From positions 124,001 to 188,000 of the IMG/VR virus record IMGVR_UViG_3300036770_007539: 64,000 bases of DNA; one strand, 5' to 3'. Below the pieces are notes generated by a model that worked only from the letters and a program-made list of their open reading frames with translations, did no database searches and was not told where the DNA came from. Made by a program: the position numbers and the translations under genes. Shown in pieces: positions 28,601-38,321 of this stretch (position 1 is the stretch's first letter; each line of letters begins with the position of its first letter).

Positions 28601-30921
28601 CAAATAATCAAGGCGTAGTCATTCCTCAAATTTATCCGCAATCTACTTCTGTCCCTCAAATTCTTGACTGGGCAATTTGTTTAAATGAATTTGGTAACTT
28701 AGTTCCAATTATTTTAACGGCTTCTAAGCAATTATTTTTTGCAACTGATGGAATTCAAAATTATCAAATTAATTCTGCTACTTTTAATGAAATTATAAAT
28801 CAAAGAAAAGATCTTTGTTTAATAGCCATTATCAATGTAACGATTGCATCTATTACAATTAATAGCGTTTCAGATGCAAGAAAATTTATAGAAGGATTAG
28901 ATTCTTCAGCTCCATTGAATTGGTCAAGCGGCTCTGAGTACTTGGGCAATTTCTACTCTATAGATTCTCTTAAATATTGGATAAATAATTCTGATGGAAC
29001 AAATAATTATGTAAAATTAAGAGGTAGTTTTGTTTTTACAGAGAGTTTAGATTTATCTGGATTTAATAAAACTGTAATATTTGATGGATTAAATGCCAGT
29101 GTTACAGTAGCCACTAATGGATCTGGTGAAGGCATATTATTAGGTTCTAACTTGCATTTGCAAAATTGGTTCATTAATTATGCTCCAACAGGATTTGCTT
29201 CTGGAAGCACTACGATTGGACTTGATAAATTTGCCGGTAGTTTATTATTCCCAGGCGGAAACGTTTCTAATGTAAAAATTTCTGGCTGCTCTTTTTATTC
29301 GCAAGTAGATGACTATCCTTCTTTTATTACATTTAATTTTAATACAGGCGATGTATTAGAAGATATTGTAATTGAAAATAATAAATTTGATTCAGTTGGA
29401 TTATCATCTAGTATTCCTTATTATCAGCCAGCAATTCAATTCATAATTAACAATCCTATTGGCACTCAAGCTTCAATTATAAAAAATCTTAACATAAAAA
29501 ATAATTTTAGCAAAAAATTTCACGGAATATTAATTTTTGAAAATAATTTAAGCTCATCTTTTGGGCTCAAATTAAGTGCAACTATAGAAAATAACACTTG
29601 CGGCTATATTGGCTATTCTTTCGGATCTGATTCTGCAGACACTGCGGAAGTTAAACAAGGGTTAATTATAAAAAATAATTTTACAAAGCTTATTGGAACA
29701 TTTTTAGAATATGTACCATATTCTTCATTTAATAACGTGCAACAAAGTATAGGACCTGTATTAATTGAAAATAATACATGCTCTTGGATATATTGCCAAA
29801 TGTCAGAAAGAAGTCAAAACCACACAACTTCATTAATTATTAAAAATAATACATTGTTTGCAGATGATTCTTCTTTTTTCAATGTTTTTGGAGTTTCTCT
29901 TGTAGCCATTGGTGGAAGCATTGGAATTTATGTTTTAAATAATGAATTATCGCCTCTTAGCGACAAAACTGATTTTATTATTGATGGTAATTTTGTTGGT
30001 GCTGGCTCTAAAAATTCAATCACTTACAGGTATGACTCTTGTATTAGAATTATAGGAAATTCTAAAATAATTAACAATACTTTTAGCGGGATTAATGCTG
30101 GAAGTAATTATATGATGTATTGTAGTAAGCCTTTGTTTTCGGAGACTTATTATTCTAAAATAGAAAACAATAAATTCTTAAGAAGAGGCAATTCAATTGC
30201 TGGATATATAAAAATTGACTCTGAAAATACTTCTGGAAAAATTTTTAACAATGAATTTGATAAAGAAACGGTGGATGGCACCAGTGATGAATTAATTGTT
30301 AAATTTACATCAGGATCGATTTCAGGAACTTCTGATAATTTAATTTACTGGAGTATTTTTGGCAATAAAAATCAAAGAGCTGCCACCTATATACCAATTT
30401 CTATAAGTTCTATTTCTGCTGATTCAGATTCTGCTCTTCTATCTACTGATGATATGACTATCGGCGGCTTATTTGTTAGCTCCTCTACACCAAATAATTT
30501 GCAAGATAGCACGGTAACTAGTGATCAGATCAGTCCATCCATAAGATTAAATTATAAAGATAATCCTGACTCAATAAGATTATTATGGGGAGCAAAATTA
30601 TCTTCAATACTTCCTGAAGGAGTAACAGTTTATAGGGTAGAATTTTCTTATGCTTCTGCAGTCAATCCATCTTCTAAAAATATTATATTAAATTATTATG
30701 GAAATAGCGGAGCTGCTACTTCTCAAACTGGAGGTGCCGGAACGTGGACTTCTGCAGAGCAAAGTTTTTATTTAAATATTCCAGATAGCGAGGGTTTAAT
30801 AAAAAATTATCAAAATGATACTGGAATTTCTACATATTCAGTTTTATATGCAGGAATCACGCTTTCACATTCTACTGTTTTAGGTGCTACTTTTTCAATG
30901 AAAGCTTATTATAGATGGTAA
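25672..30921 (+). CDS. Large tail fibre/spike-like protein with C-terminal beta-helix
   Basis: 1749 aa; N-terminal YP..LD...LP...INALRDAV..VQ..LG fibre-type start; I.NN repeats in the C-terminal third. Confidence 0.65.
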   Translation: MSVYPFELDDDTTLPRVDDNITETGQEAINALRDAVFNVQETLGIEPQGSVTTVANRLDAALNADGTIKASALTSIGLVTLPITNNQVGSNAGIEESKLSLVHSTTDLYTLILANSALTNSLNIFANTIFTDFNLHITGALYLSDGVTSARHVLSHIDLNNIPSDSRDPSFVWTGLRDKDNNLRLANNAAQGLLSVNDALTAHENKILEAHPASTISVNTDSFKEIPLVATDAQSVFNYLDQSEILNMGQHRATQHANAIPKISRSDVIGLDGYGHNVVPSTTCYAYLTNPPNTFPVDDLFVGDDIIKFVPDNSNFIFDSLFSQVKSGDLIRINYGNGLEAIYPVNSIRFTPDAEWIVRINGVNLCSSLDGYASARIDRALYDVDTAGIFATATANARDSSGPTATNVLSSLIVADPRGAMALGLNFDPNQLDSTHYNLHLEFYPTGNPSEKVISLPPIDVTGNLGATPGLYNLSSVISATNDKFREFGYNYRFIAFEYNGEFGIMLADVINNASFAIVKGTNASGTLITGSYVNNVIGGNDLNTDTFDSLGFGTAGSNLASPAYQNTWTSSSSALIPTKVIRPLKRRYAIVNGQKIDHFKDMYLTTNGYWDGYISSRNQLGFSTVETTYTVDANLAPSGIKPGSTIVVQPAIALDDALYNDVDYGRFIVKSVNFVGACGTAPALTQITVLNSIFGVGLPFSASASPNLPVKLYFSYDSISFNKQNIIDTSITPIDYKRFHEIYLSDEGKTFSHERLRMTVQSESPNLLDTNNFHILNVSPKLRGYTDGSPLSFNKFLRFYVLNYDSVTGEFDGYLGQRNPLNYTVSNTGSVVTGKINVVTRFYDETNIDYVDILYSDSSSSPGSPVMSSSLPRYVDFEIFESLQKNDELFLLSTCEVNWDPLSGENIIQYLNNRREFGSIDETDFTESAKDYIAAANKYLHDNGVIRGLDYESTVAGGEIRFKGGSAVISGKVIAANNQGVVIPQIYPQSTSVPQILDWAICLNEFGNLVPIILTASKQLFFATDGIQNYQINSATFNEIINQRKDLCLIAIINVTIASITINSVSDARKFIEGLDSSAPLNWSSGSEYLGNFYSIDSLKYWINNSDGTNNYVKLRGSFVFTESLDLSGFNKTVIFDGLNASVTVATNGSGEGILLGSNLHLQNWFINYAPTGFASGSTTIGLDKFAGSLLFPGGNVSNVKISGCSFYSQVDDYPSFITFNFNTGDVLEDIVIENNKFDSVGLSSSIPYYQPAIQFIINNPIGTQASIIKNLNIKNNFSKKFHGILIFENNLSSSFGLKLSATIENNTCGYIGYSFGSDSADTAEVKQGLIIKNNFTKLIGTFLEYVPYSSFNNVQQSIGPVLIENNTCSWIYCQMSERSQNHTTSLIIKNNTLFADDSSFFNVFGVSLVAIGGSIGIYVLNNELSPLSDKTDFIIDGNFVGAGSKNSITYRYDSCIRIIGNSKIINNTFSGINAGSNYMMYCSKPLFSETYYSKIENNKFLRRGNSIAGYIKIDSENTSGKIFNNEFDKETVDGTSDELIVKFTSGSISGTSDNLIYWSIFGNKNQRAATYIPISISSISADSDSALLSTDDMTIGGLFVSSSTPNNLQDSTVTSDQISPSIRLNYKDNPDSIRLLWGAKLSSILPEGVTVYRVEFSYASAVNPSSKNIILNYYGNSGAATSQTGGAGTWTSAEQSFYLNIPDSEGLIKNYQNDTGISTYSVLYAGITLSHSTVLGATFSMKAYYRW

Positions 30922-30960
30922 ATAAGAAGCAACTACTATAAAGGTGGTTGCTTCTTATTT
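30920..30960. terminator. Intrinsic terminator-like hairpin
   Basis: AAATAAGAAGCAAC...GTTGCTTCTTATTT perfect 14-bp inverted repeat at the gene end. Confidence 0.75.
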
Positions 30961-31051
30961 CATAGACCCATAGCACAAGGCTATTGGTTTCCTTTAAAGA
31001 TTATAAATTTTAATGCATTTAAAATGCCAATAATATTTCATATATTTATAG

Positions 31052-31843
31052 ATGGGCGTAGGATTTTTAACCAAGTCAGATTTATATGCTTTACATAATT
31101 ATGTTCAACATACTGGACATGCTTATGTAAAGGAATTTATTATTGATTCTTTAAGAGAGTTCTTTAGCCAAGATTCTTATTATCGTTACGTTAGAGATGC
31201 TTGGGGGTTCCCTTTAACGCCCTCTCAAGAGGATTTAGCTTCAGACGCAGGAATTAATGACTCTACAACTACTCGTCTTTTTATTGGCGAATATACAAGG
31301 CAACATGCCCAATTTTTCCCAGCTATCCTAGTTAGATCTGGAGGTTATCGATCTACTCCAATTTCTATGTCTAGAAATAAATATTCAGTTCAATACGATC
31401 CGATTAAATATTTTGATGGATATGGCAACGAAACTATTATAAATACACCAGTATCTGTTGTCCATAATGGAGCTTGGGATGGAACTATCACAATGGATAT
31501 TGTGGCTCGGTCTAATCGAGCTAGAAGTGAGTTAGCTGATTTATGTATGATCTTTTTTACAGATTATCATTTTGAGGATTTTTATAAAGCAGGTATTGTA
31601 ATAAAAAGTTCTCAGCTTTCTGCTGATTCAGAGGCTGATGATAGAAATGATAAATTATATAAAACTACCGTTACTTTAGAGGTGCGATCTGAATGGGAAA
31701 GAAGCACTCCAATTCAAAGCACTTTAGACGCTATTACTATTTGCATGGATATTGGAAATATTAATCAAAAAAATACAATTTATGCACCAAATATTACAAT
31801 AGAGACTTCTTTAGAATTAAACGAATCTTTACTCAATCTATGA
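31052..31843 (+). CDS. Putative tail completion / terminator protein
   Basis: 263 aa directly upstream of the sheath; FPAILV and ITMDIVARS...R..LAD patterns. Confidence 0.55.
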   Translation: MGVGFLTKSDLYALHNYVQHTGHAYVKEFIIDSLREFFSQDSYYRYVRDAWGFPLTPSQEDLASDAGINDSTTTRLFIGEYTRQHAQFFPAILVRSGGYRSTPISMSRNKYSVQYDPIKYFDGYGNETIINTPVSVVHNGAWDGTITMDIVARSNRARSELADLCMIFFTDYHFEDFYKAGIVIKSSQLSADSEADDRNDKLYKTTVTLEVRSEWERSTPIQSTLDAITICMDIGNINQKNTIYAPNITIETSLELNESLLNL

Positions 31844-31953
31844 ACAAAAGATCTTTAAATTAAATATAAAAAATAATTAATAATAAGATATACCACTTGA
31901 ATGAAGTAATATTTCAATATATGTTATAGAAAATTTTCTTTAAAGGAATTTAG

Positions 31954-34386
31954 ATGCCTAACTTTCCCGGTTCACAAAATGCTAGTCCTGGAGTTTATAC
32001 AGATGTAGTTACCGTATCACGAGGAGCCAATGTTCCTGGCGGTGTGAGAACTGCAGTATTGATGGGTGAAGGTCTAAAAACAGAACGCCTTGTTACTTCT
32101 GCGGTGGGCGGCGGCTCTGATGGATTTAACTCAACTTATTCTGGTACAAACGGATCTGATGGTCGCCACTTTTTACTCAGCGGTGCCCCTCTTATTTCTA
32201 ATCGTTTAACATTGTACAAAAATGGAATTCCATTAAATGGGCTGGAACAGGCTTTTAGCCCCACTAGCGGCTCATTTAGCTCTTTATACGATTATCGTGT
32301 AAATATTACAAATGGTAGAATTGAATTGCAAGTAGCCTCTCTTGTCGATCAAGGAGGTTCATATTATTCAACTTCTGCCCTTAATCAAGGCGATGGTTCA
32401 ATCTCTAGCCTAACATTGGTGGACCAAAATGCCCCAACTGAAACTTGGACAATTCGTTGTACTTCGGTTCGCAGAGATGGTTATGGCAATCCAATTGATG
32501 GCTACGCTAAGTTTATTGCTCAGGGATCAGTCTCTGGCACTCTAAGAGACTCTTTTGGTAACAATGTTACTTGGACATCTGATAACACTGTAGTCTCTAA
32601 TGGTATTTTAAGTTTTGCAATTGCTGAAGGACTAACTCCATTTAGCGAAGGAGATAAGTTTACTGTTAAAGTTAAAAGCGGAGCCTTGGTAAGAGGCGAT
32701 TCTCTTTCAGCAACTTATATTTCTCAACTAGATATTAATGATCCTCAATTCTTTACTGACCCCAACACTTTCGCAGCTAAGCATGGATTTCCTAGTTTAG
32801 ACAATTATTTAGCCATTGGCGCTCAGCTTGCTTTTGCTAATAATCCTCCTGGAATTTGGGCAGTACAATGCGCCCCTTCCATTCCACGTAGAATATCATA
32901 CACGGTTGAAGTTTCAGCTTCAGGGTCATCATTAATTGATGATTTGAAATTCTCTTTGCCATTAGGAGTAATTCCTGATGCAGATGCTAATATTAATTTT
33001 TTCGTAACAGATCCTGCAACTGAAACTGAGTCTCAAATTATTCCAAATAAAGTTGCTTTCTACGATTCTTCTTATGCCTTATCTCCAAGCTCTTTCTGTT
33101 TTGGACCCTCTGTTTACTCTTATACCGTTATCTTGGAAGATGCAGTAGTTAAAGAAGCTGATGATGGTGAAATAACAGCATCGGGAGAATTGTCTAGTGA
33201 ATTTGTGGTCTTTGATTCGACAGATGTCGGTAAGACATTGAAAATTTTAACACCAAATGTAAATGCTGGTTCTTATACCATTGTTACCGTAGCTAACGGT
33301 GTGGCTACAATCTCTGGCGGTCCATTCACAGTTAGCACTGGAATGGAATTCCAAGTGATTGATAATACCGCTCAAACATCTGCAATTCTTTTGACTGATG
33401 ACTTAGCTTTATCAGCAGGTCAAAGCCTAAGAGTTACAGTAGTCGATAATAAAGATGCTGACTTCTTTGATGCTGGTTGGTTGGCAGCACTTGATTCTTT
33501 GGAAAGAATTGATGTTAGTATGTTAGTGCCATTGCCTTCACAAACGATTTCTGCAATTATGCAAAATGCCAAGAATCACTGTGAAACAATGTCAAACATT
33601 AAGAATAAAAAAGAAAGATTGTTATTCACAGGAGCAATTCAAGGTTTAACTCCAGATAATTTAACCGGAGTTGAAGACGCAGCAGTAGAAGACATTGGAA
33701 TTCTTGAAGGAATTCAAGGCGATGATGTTTCGGAGATTTTGGCTGGAAACATTGAAGATTTAACAAACTATAGTGTTTCTAACGCCTTTGGAAACTCATA
33801 TCGAGTTGTTTACTTCTACCCCGATGAAATCGTAGTTCAAGTCGGAGCAGATAATCAACTGCTTCCAGGTTACTTTGTTGCAGCGGCTGCAGCAGGTTAT
33901 TTAAGCGGAGTTCCTGCGCTCCAAGTTCCTTTAACTAGAAAAACACTATCAGGGTTTACAATTTTAAGAAACAAGCTTTTAAGACCAATTGTTCTTGAAG
34001 GATTGTTAGCTGCTGGCGTGTCTGTAGTGGAACCTGTAGCTGGTGGTGGAAAAGTTGTTTGGGGTCGCACCACGACTACTTCTGGTTTCCCAGAAGAAGA
34101 AGAAATTTCAATCATCTTCTGCAGAGATAGAGTTGCACAGTCTTTGAGAGCAGGTCTTGAGGCTTTTATCGGAGTTGCAGAAGATTCTACTTTGCAAGGA
34201 TCTTTAATTGCTAGAGTTCTTTCAATTCTTAAAGGTCTTAAAGGTCAAAAAGTTATTACTAACTTTAAAGACGTTAAAGTAACTCAAAATGAAACCGACG
34301 CACGTCAATGGGATGTAACTTGCCGTGTACGACCTGCCTATCCTGTCAACTGGATTTATGTCAAGGTTGAAGTAGGTGATGCTTGA
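31954..34386 (+). CDS. Contractile tail sheath protein
   Basis: N-terminal SPGVYT; C-terminal LT.K.LSGF, GV.VV, WGRTT, EISI...RD and V.P.YPVNWIYV, all typical of sheath proteins. Confidence 0.9.
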   Translation: MPNFPGSQNASPGVYTDVVTVSRGANVPGGVRTAVLMGEGLKTERLVTSAVGGGSDGFNSTYSGTNGSDGRHFLLSGAPLISNRLTLYKNGIPLNGLEQAFSPTSGSFSSLYDYRVNITNGRIELQVASLVDQGGSYYSTSALNQGDGSISSLTLVDQNAPTETWTIRCTSVRRDGYGNPIDGYAKFIAQGSVSGTLRDSFGNNVTWTSDNTVVSNGILSFAIAEGLTPFSEGDKFTVKVKSGALVRGDSLSATYISQLDINDPQFFTDPNTFAAKHGFPSLDNYLAIGAQLAFANNPPGIWAVQCAPSIPRRISYTVEVSASGSSLIDDLKFSLPLGVIPDADANINFFVTDPATETESQIIPNKVAFYDSSYALSPSSFCFGPSVYSYTVILEDAVVKEADDGEITASGELSSEFVVFDSTDVGKTLKILTPNVNAGSYTIVTVANGVATISGGPFTVSTGMEFQVIDNTAQTSAILLTDDLALSAGQSLRVTVVDNKDADFFDAGWLAALDSLERIDVSMLVPLPSQTISAIMQNAKNHCETMSNIKNKKERLLFTGAIQGLTPDNLTGVEDAAVEDIGILEGIQGDDVSEILAGNIEDLTNYSVSNAFGNSYRVVYFYPDEIVVQVGADNQLLPGYFVAAAAAGYLSGVPALQVPLTRKTLSGFTILRNKLLRPIVLEGLLAAGVSVVEPVAGGGKVVWGRTTTTSGFPEEEEISIIFCRDRVAQSLRAGLEAFIGVAEDSTLQGSLIARVLSILKGLKGQKVITNFKDVKVTQNETDARQWDVTCRVRPAYPVNWIYVKVEVGDA

Positions 34387-34422
34387 TATCACAAAAATTT
34401 ATCATAAAATTGGAGCTAAATA

Positions 34423-35055
34423 ATGGCTGATACACGCAATACTAGAACGTTAATTAATGACATTAACGGCAATAATGCAACTAAAACCCATTTATCTACA
34501 AATATTATTATTAAAGTAGATGGCAATCCTGTCGGCGCTGTAAAAACTTTATCTGTTACTGAAAGCAGAAACATTTCAAGAATTGCAGAGGTTGGCACGG
34601 ACGGATTTATTGACTCTGCTCCAAGTCGCTCAACTGAAATCAGCGTAAGCTGCTCTAGAACAAGATTCTCTCGCCAAAGAGTAGCAGAGGCTTTTGGAAG
34701 AGGCTTTGTTCACGCTAGCTCTCAAAGAATTCCTTTTGATGTAGAAATCCAAGATATTTTTGCAGACAGCAACGAAGCCAATGCAATTATTACAGTAATT
34801 GAAAATTGCTGGATCAATAGCATTCGTTATACTTATAGCTCTGACGATTTCGTAATATCAGAAGATATGGAACTTACAGCGGAAAGAATTTCAAGCGTTC
34901 TTAATGGTGGTAACGTTGTCACAGCGGTATCAAACGGTCGCTCCTTTCCAATTACAATTAATCAATTTGAAGCTGAGGCAGATAGAGGTTCATTTACAGG
35001 AGCATTAGACGCTGCAGGATTACTAAACGCATTCTTAGACGATCCAAGAGTTTGA
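34423..35055 (+). CDS. Tail tube protein
   Basis: Follows the sheath; IIIKVDG..VG.V..LS..E, EVG, PFDVEI, IENCWI..Y. Confidence 0.82.
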   Translation: MADTRNTRTLINDINGNNATKTHLSTNIIIKVDGNPVGAVKTLSVTESRNISRIAEVGTDGFIDSAPSRSTEISVSCSRTRFSRQRVAEAFGRGFVHASSQRIPFDVEIQDIFADSNEANAIITVIENCWINSIRYTYSSDDFVISEDMELTAERISSVLNGGNVVTAVSNGRSFPITINQFEAEADRGSFTGALDAAGLLNAFLDDPRV

Positions 35056-35073
35056 TTTATCAATTATTCAATA

Positions 35074-35105
35074 AAAATAGCCTTGGAAATATCCAGGGCT
35101 ATTTT
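35074..35105 (+). terminator. Intrinsic terminator after the tail tube gene
   Basis: AAAATAGCCTTGGA-AATA-TCCAGGGCTATTTT. Confidence 0.8.
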
Positions 35106-35145
35106 GCTTTTAATCAATGATATAGAATAAGAAAAGGAGAAAGAT

Positions 35146-35808
35146 ATGGCAGATATAAACAGTCCCTTAGGTCGCAGACAATTTGCAATGCAATCACAGC
35201 AAACAAGGAAAGTTCTTACGGTTCCAGATGAGACTGGTATGACCGCAGAATCCACTACTTTTGAAGATGAAAGATTTCAAAGAGAATCTTTTGCAGCAGC
35301 AGAAGAAAGCGCTCCAGTTAAGCGAGTTCGTCAGATGATGGCAGAGCCAGAAATTAACAGAGAAGAATTGCAAAGAATGCGGCAAGAATCTAAGCAAACA
35401 AAAATGGAAGTTCCTACAAGAGCAAAAAATAGAATTGAACTTCTATTGGGCTTAAAAAGAAAATCCAAAGATGTTTATGTAGATGGTGTTAAGTTTACTT
35501 TAAAAACCTTAAAGCATGCAGAATATCAGGAAGTATTTAGTGCATTATCAAAATTGAGCGATGTAAATAATATTGTTGTTTCTTTAGAAATGCAAATTCA
35601 ATCTCTTGCAAGATCAATTACTCATATTGATGACGTTCCCATTTTTACTGTATTATCAGTTTCTAGCACGGACGAAGTTGTTGATTATCTAAGAGAATTT
35701 GAAAGTGATGTCATCGATCAATTAAATGAAGAATTTAAAAGTTTAAAAAAAGAAACTGAAGTAACTAAAGAAGAAGAAAGCGAGGTGACTGAAAATTTAA
35801 AAAAATAG
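35146..35808 (+). CDS. Tail assembly chaperone (gpG-like)
   Basis: Lies between tube and tape measure; ends in a slippery sequence AAT TTA AAA AAA TAG. Confidence 0.78.
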   Translation: MADINSPLGRRQFAMQSQQTRKVLTVPDETGMTAESTTFEDERFQRESFAAAEESAPVKRVRQMMAEPEINREELQRMRQESKQTKMEVPTRAKNRIELLLGLKRKSKDVYVDGVKFTLKTLKHAEYQEVFSALSKLSDVNNIVVSLEMQIQSLARSITHIDDVPIFTVLSVSSTDEVVDYLREFESDVIDQLNEEFKSLKKETEVTKEEESEVTENLKK

Positions 35809-36173
35809 TTAAATATACAGACCATAGATTTTATTACTTCTTATTTAAGACTTTAGGCGAAAAAGCTTTGCCTGGAGGCTCCTTTTATGAAGAGGTAAAT
35901 CCCTGGGTTTATTCATGGCTGTATTATTCTTACGCACAAGAAGAAGAAGAATCTCAAAAATTTGCTAAAGATTTGGCATTATTTCAGGGAAGCTTTGCAA
36001 ATCCCGAAATGGCTAAAAGTATTCTTAAATCTGAAAACCCAACCGCAGAAATGGAAGATGAGCAATTTGAAGCTGTTTCTGAGTATATTTTGGATGAAAA
36101 CAAGAAAAAAGAAACTAAGCTAAGAAAACGTCAAAGAAAATTATTATTAAATCAACAAAATAATAAAAGATAA
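35805..36173 (+). CDS. Tail assembly chaperone extension (gpT-like), reached by -1 frameshift
   Basis: The -1 frame is open from 35805 (IVKYTDHRFYYFLFKTLGEKALPGG...) and is in frame with the ORF annotated at 35868, which has only a TTG start. Confidence 0.78.
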   Translation: MVKYTDHRFYYFLFKTLGEKALPGGSFYEEVNPWVYSWLYYSYAQEEEESQKFAKDLALFQGSFANPEMAKSILKSENPTAEMEDEQFEAVSEYILDENKKKETKLRKRQRKLLLNQQNNKR

Positions 36174-36175
36174 TT

Positions 36176-38311
36176 ATGGCAAATGAGATTGATGTAAATG
36201 CAGTGACGGATGCGACTAAAGCAGTTTCTGCTGGAGTAAAGGAAACTTCTGAAAGTATAGCACAATCCGCTAAGCAAATAGTGGCTCAAATAGAATCTGT
36301 TACAAAAGAATTTTTAAAATACGAAGAGGAGCTGAAAAGTTTTGGTGTTGATGGTGCCAAGGTACTTGCCAACTATAAGCTTCTAGTTACTATGCCACAA
36401 ATTAAAGGATTTGAAAATCTTGAAAAAGGGTCTGACATTGCGGGCGATACCAGCAAAAGCTTTGAGGAACTCAATGCCGCATATAGCAAACTCACTGGTG
36501 GCTTATCTATTCCATTTGCAGGTGCAATGATGCCGCTTCTTGAAGCCAATGATACTATAAATGCTCTCGAAGCAAATCTTTATGCAGCAAAAGCTGCCAC
36601 TGGTGAATTTGGAGATTTTCAAAAAGATTTAGCAGAAGGAACTACCGATTTAGTAAGAGAGCTTGAAGCTATTGATGATAACTTTTTGAATGTTGCCAAT
36701 GCTTCTGGCACTTCTCTGCAGAAGATTAGACAATTTGGCTTAGAAATGAATTCAAATTTGCCTTCGGCGATTGAATCTACAAGTGGAGCCCTTCAAGATA
36801 ATACAAAAGTAGCAGTAACAGCTACAGAAACAATGGATAGGCTTGAAGCTACAGTGAAAGTAGCGTTAGGCACCGGAATGGCAATGTCAGCAGTTCAAGC
36901 ACGTCAAAGCACTGAATTTAGAAAATTTAATTTGACGGTCCAGCAATCATTGGAAAATATTGCTAAATTATCGGCAGCCTCTAAAGAATTAAGACTTCCA
37001 TTAGATGTAATGACCGGGATTGTTGATCAAACAGCGGATCAATTTTTATATTTTAAAGATAACACTCAGTCATTGGTAGATATGATGACAAGATTGGGTC
37101 CATCTTTTAAAGCCGCAGGATTGTCGCCCGAGGCAATTACTAAATTGTCAACCACAATGGTTTCAAATATCAATCAGATGAGTCTTGCTCAAAGATCATT
37201 TCTAGCTATGCAATCAGGGGCTGCAGCAGGGCTTAGAGGTGGATATCAAATTGAATTGTTGAAAGCTCAGGGTAAATTTGATGAAATTCAAAAAATGACT
37301 GAGAAAGCTTTAAAAAAACAGGTTGGTGGAAAAATTGTTACTTTAGAGGAGGCAGCTAAAGATGAGGGAGCAGCAAGACAATTAGCAAAGCAAGTTCAAT
37401 TAGTTACTTCTGGACCACTAAAATCTGTAAACACAGAAGCTGAGGCTTATAAATTATTTGAATCTATGAGGTCAGGCGCGGCTCCTGGAGCTGCAATCAA
37501 AGGAGATGAAGCACTTAAAGATGCGGTGACGGTTGGCGGAGAAAGAGCGGAGCGCCAAAGCAATGAATTAGTAAAACTAAATAATATAATGCAGAAAACT
37601 TCAATGTCTAGCGCTATTACTGCAGCTGCTTCAGTAAAACAATTAGATTTTTTTCTTAAAGGAGAAGTTTCAAATAAATTGAAAAATTCTTCAGACAGCC
37701 CAGAGTCGCTGTTAAAGGCTCTTGGAGTTGGTATGCTTGAAACTTTATTGCCCACATCGGAAGAATCTTCTAGAAGGGCTGCATTTGAAAATGCAGCAGG
37801 TACAGGACCCGCATTTAGAGAAGGTCCTGTAAAGAAAACTCCAATGGAAAAAGTTGAATCTGTTTATGATTCAGCCTCTGCGGCAATTAGTAGGGCTCGT
37901 AAATTACCAGAAGATCCATTAAAGAAGCAAAAAGAGCAAGAAGAAAATCAAAAGAAATTAGAATCTAAGGTTGGTAAAGAGGCTAAAGCTCCTGGAAAAA
38001 TTCCAAGTGCCGCAAGAGAAAAATCTGAAGCTCCAGTGTTGCCCAGTGTGCCAATGCCAGTTCCAGAAAATAAGCAACTAAATGAACAAATTAAAAAGAC
38101 AATAGAAGAATCTGCTGCTAAAAAAGCTAAAGAAGCAACAACTGCTTCAATCGCCCCAGCAGAGCAAGTGTTAACAATTGTATTGCAAAATCCTGATGGA
38201 AGCAGCCAGGCACAAGCTAAAATTACTATGAAGGATGGAATAATTAAAGATATGAAACGAATGGAAGATGCAAAGGCAAGAAGAAATCAAGTTGGAGCGG
38301 GCTTAGCTTAA
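36176..38311 (+). CDS. Tape measure protein
   Basis: 711 aa, A/E/K/M-rich helical composition, immediately after the chaperone pair. Confidence 0.72.
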   Translation: MANEIDVNAVTDATKAVSAGVKETSESIAQSAKQIVAQIESVTKEFLKYEEELKSFGVDGAKVLANYKLLVTMPQIKGFENLEKGSDIAGDTSKSFEELNAAYSKLTGGLSIPFAGAMMPLLEANDTINALEANLYAAKAATGEFGDFQKDLAEGTTDLVRELEAIDDNFLNVANASGTSLQKIRQFGLEMNSNLPSAIESTSGALQDNTKVAVTATETMDRLEATVKVALGTGMAMSAVQARQSTEFRKFNLTVQQSLENIAKLSAASKELRLPLDVMTGIVDQTADQFLYFKDNTQSLVDMMTRLGPSFKAAGLSPEAITKLSTTMVSNINQMSLAQRSFLAMQSGAAAGLRGGYQIELLKAQGKFDEIQKMTEKALKKQVGGKIVTLEEAAKDEGAARQLAKQVQLVTSGPLKSVNTEAEAYKLFESMRSGAAPGAAIKGDEALKDAVTVGGERAERQSNELVKLNNIMQKTSMSSAITAAASVKQLDFFLKGEVSNKLKNSSDSPESLLKALGVGMLETLLPTSEESSRRAAFENAAGTGPAFREGPVKKTPMEKVESVYDSASAAISRARKLPEDPLKKQKEQEENQKKLESKVGKEAKAPGKIPSAAREKSEAPVLPSVPMPVPENKQLNEQIKKTIEESAAKKAKEATTASIAPAEQVLTIVLQNPDGSSQAQAKITMKDGIIKDMKRMEDAKARRNQVGAGLA

Positions 38312-38321
38312 TAGGAGAAAT

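Noticed and set aside
21584-30921. Diversity-generating retroelement target in the fibre C-termini
   Set aside because: No reverse transcriptase and no near-identical template/variable repeat pair is visible in this window.
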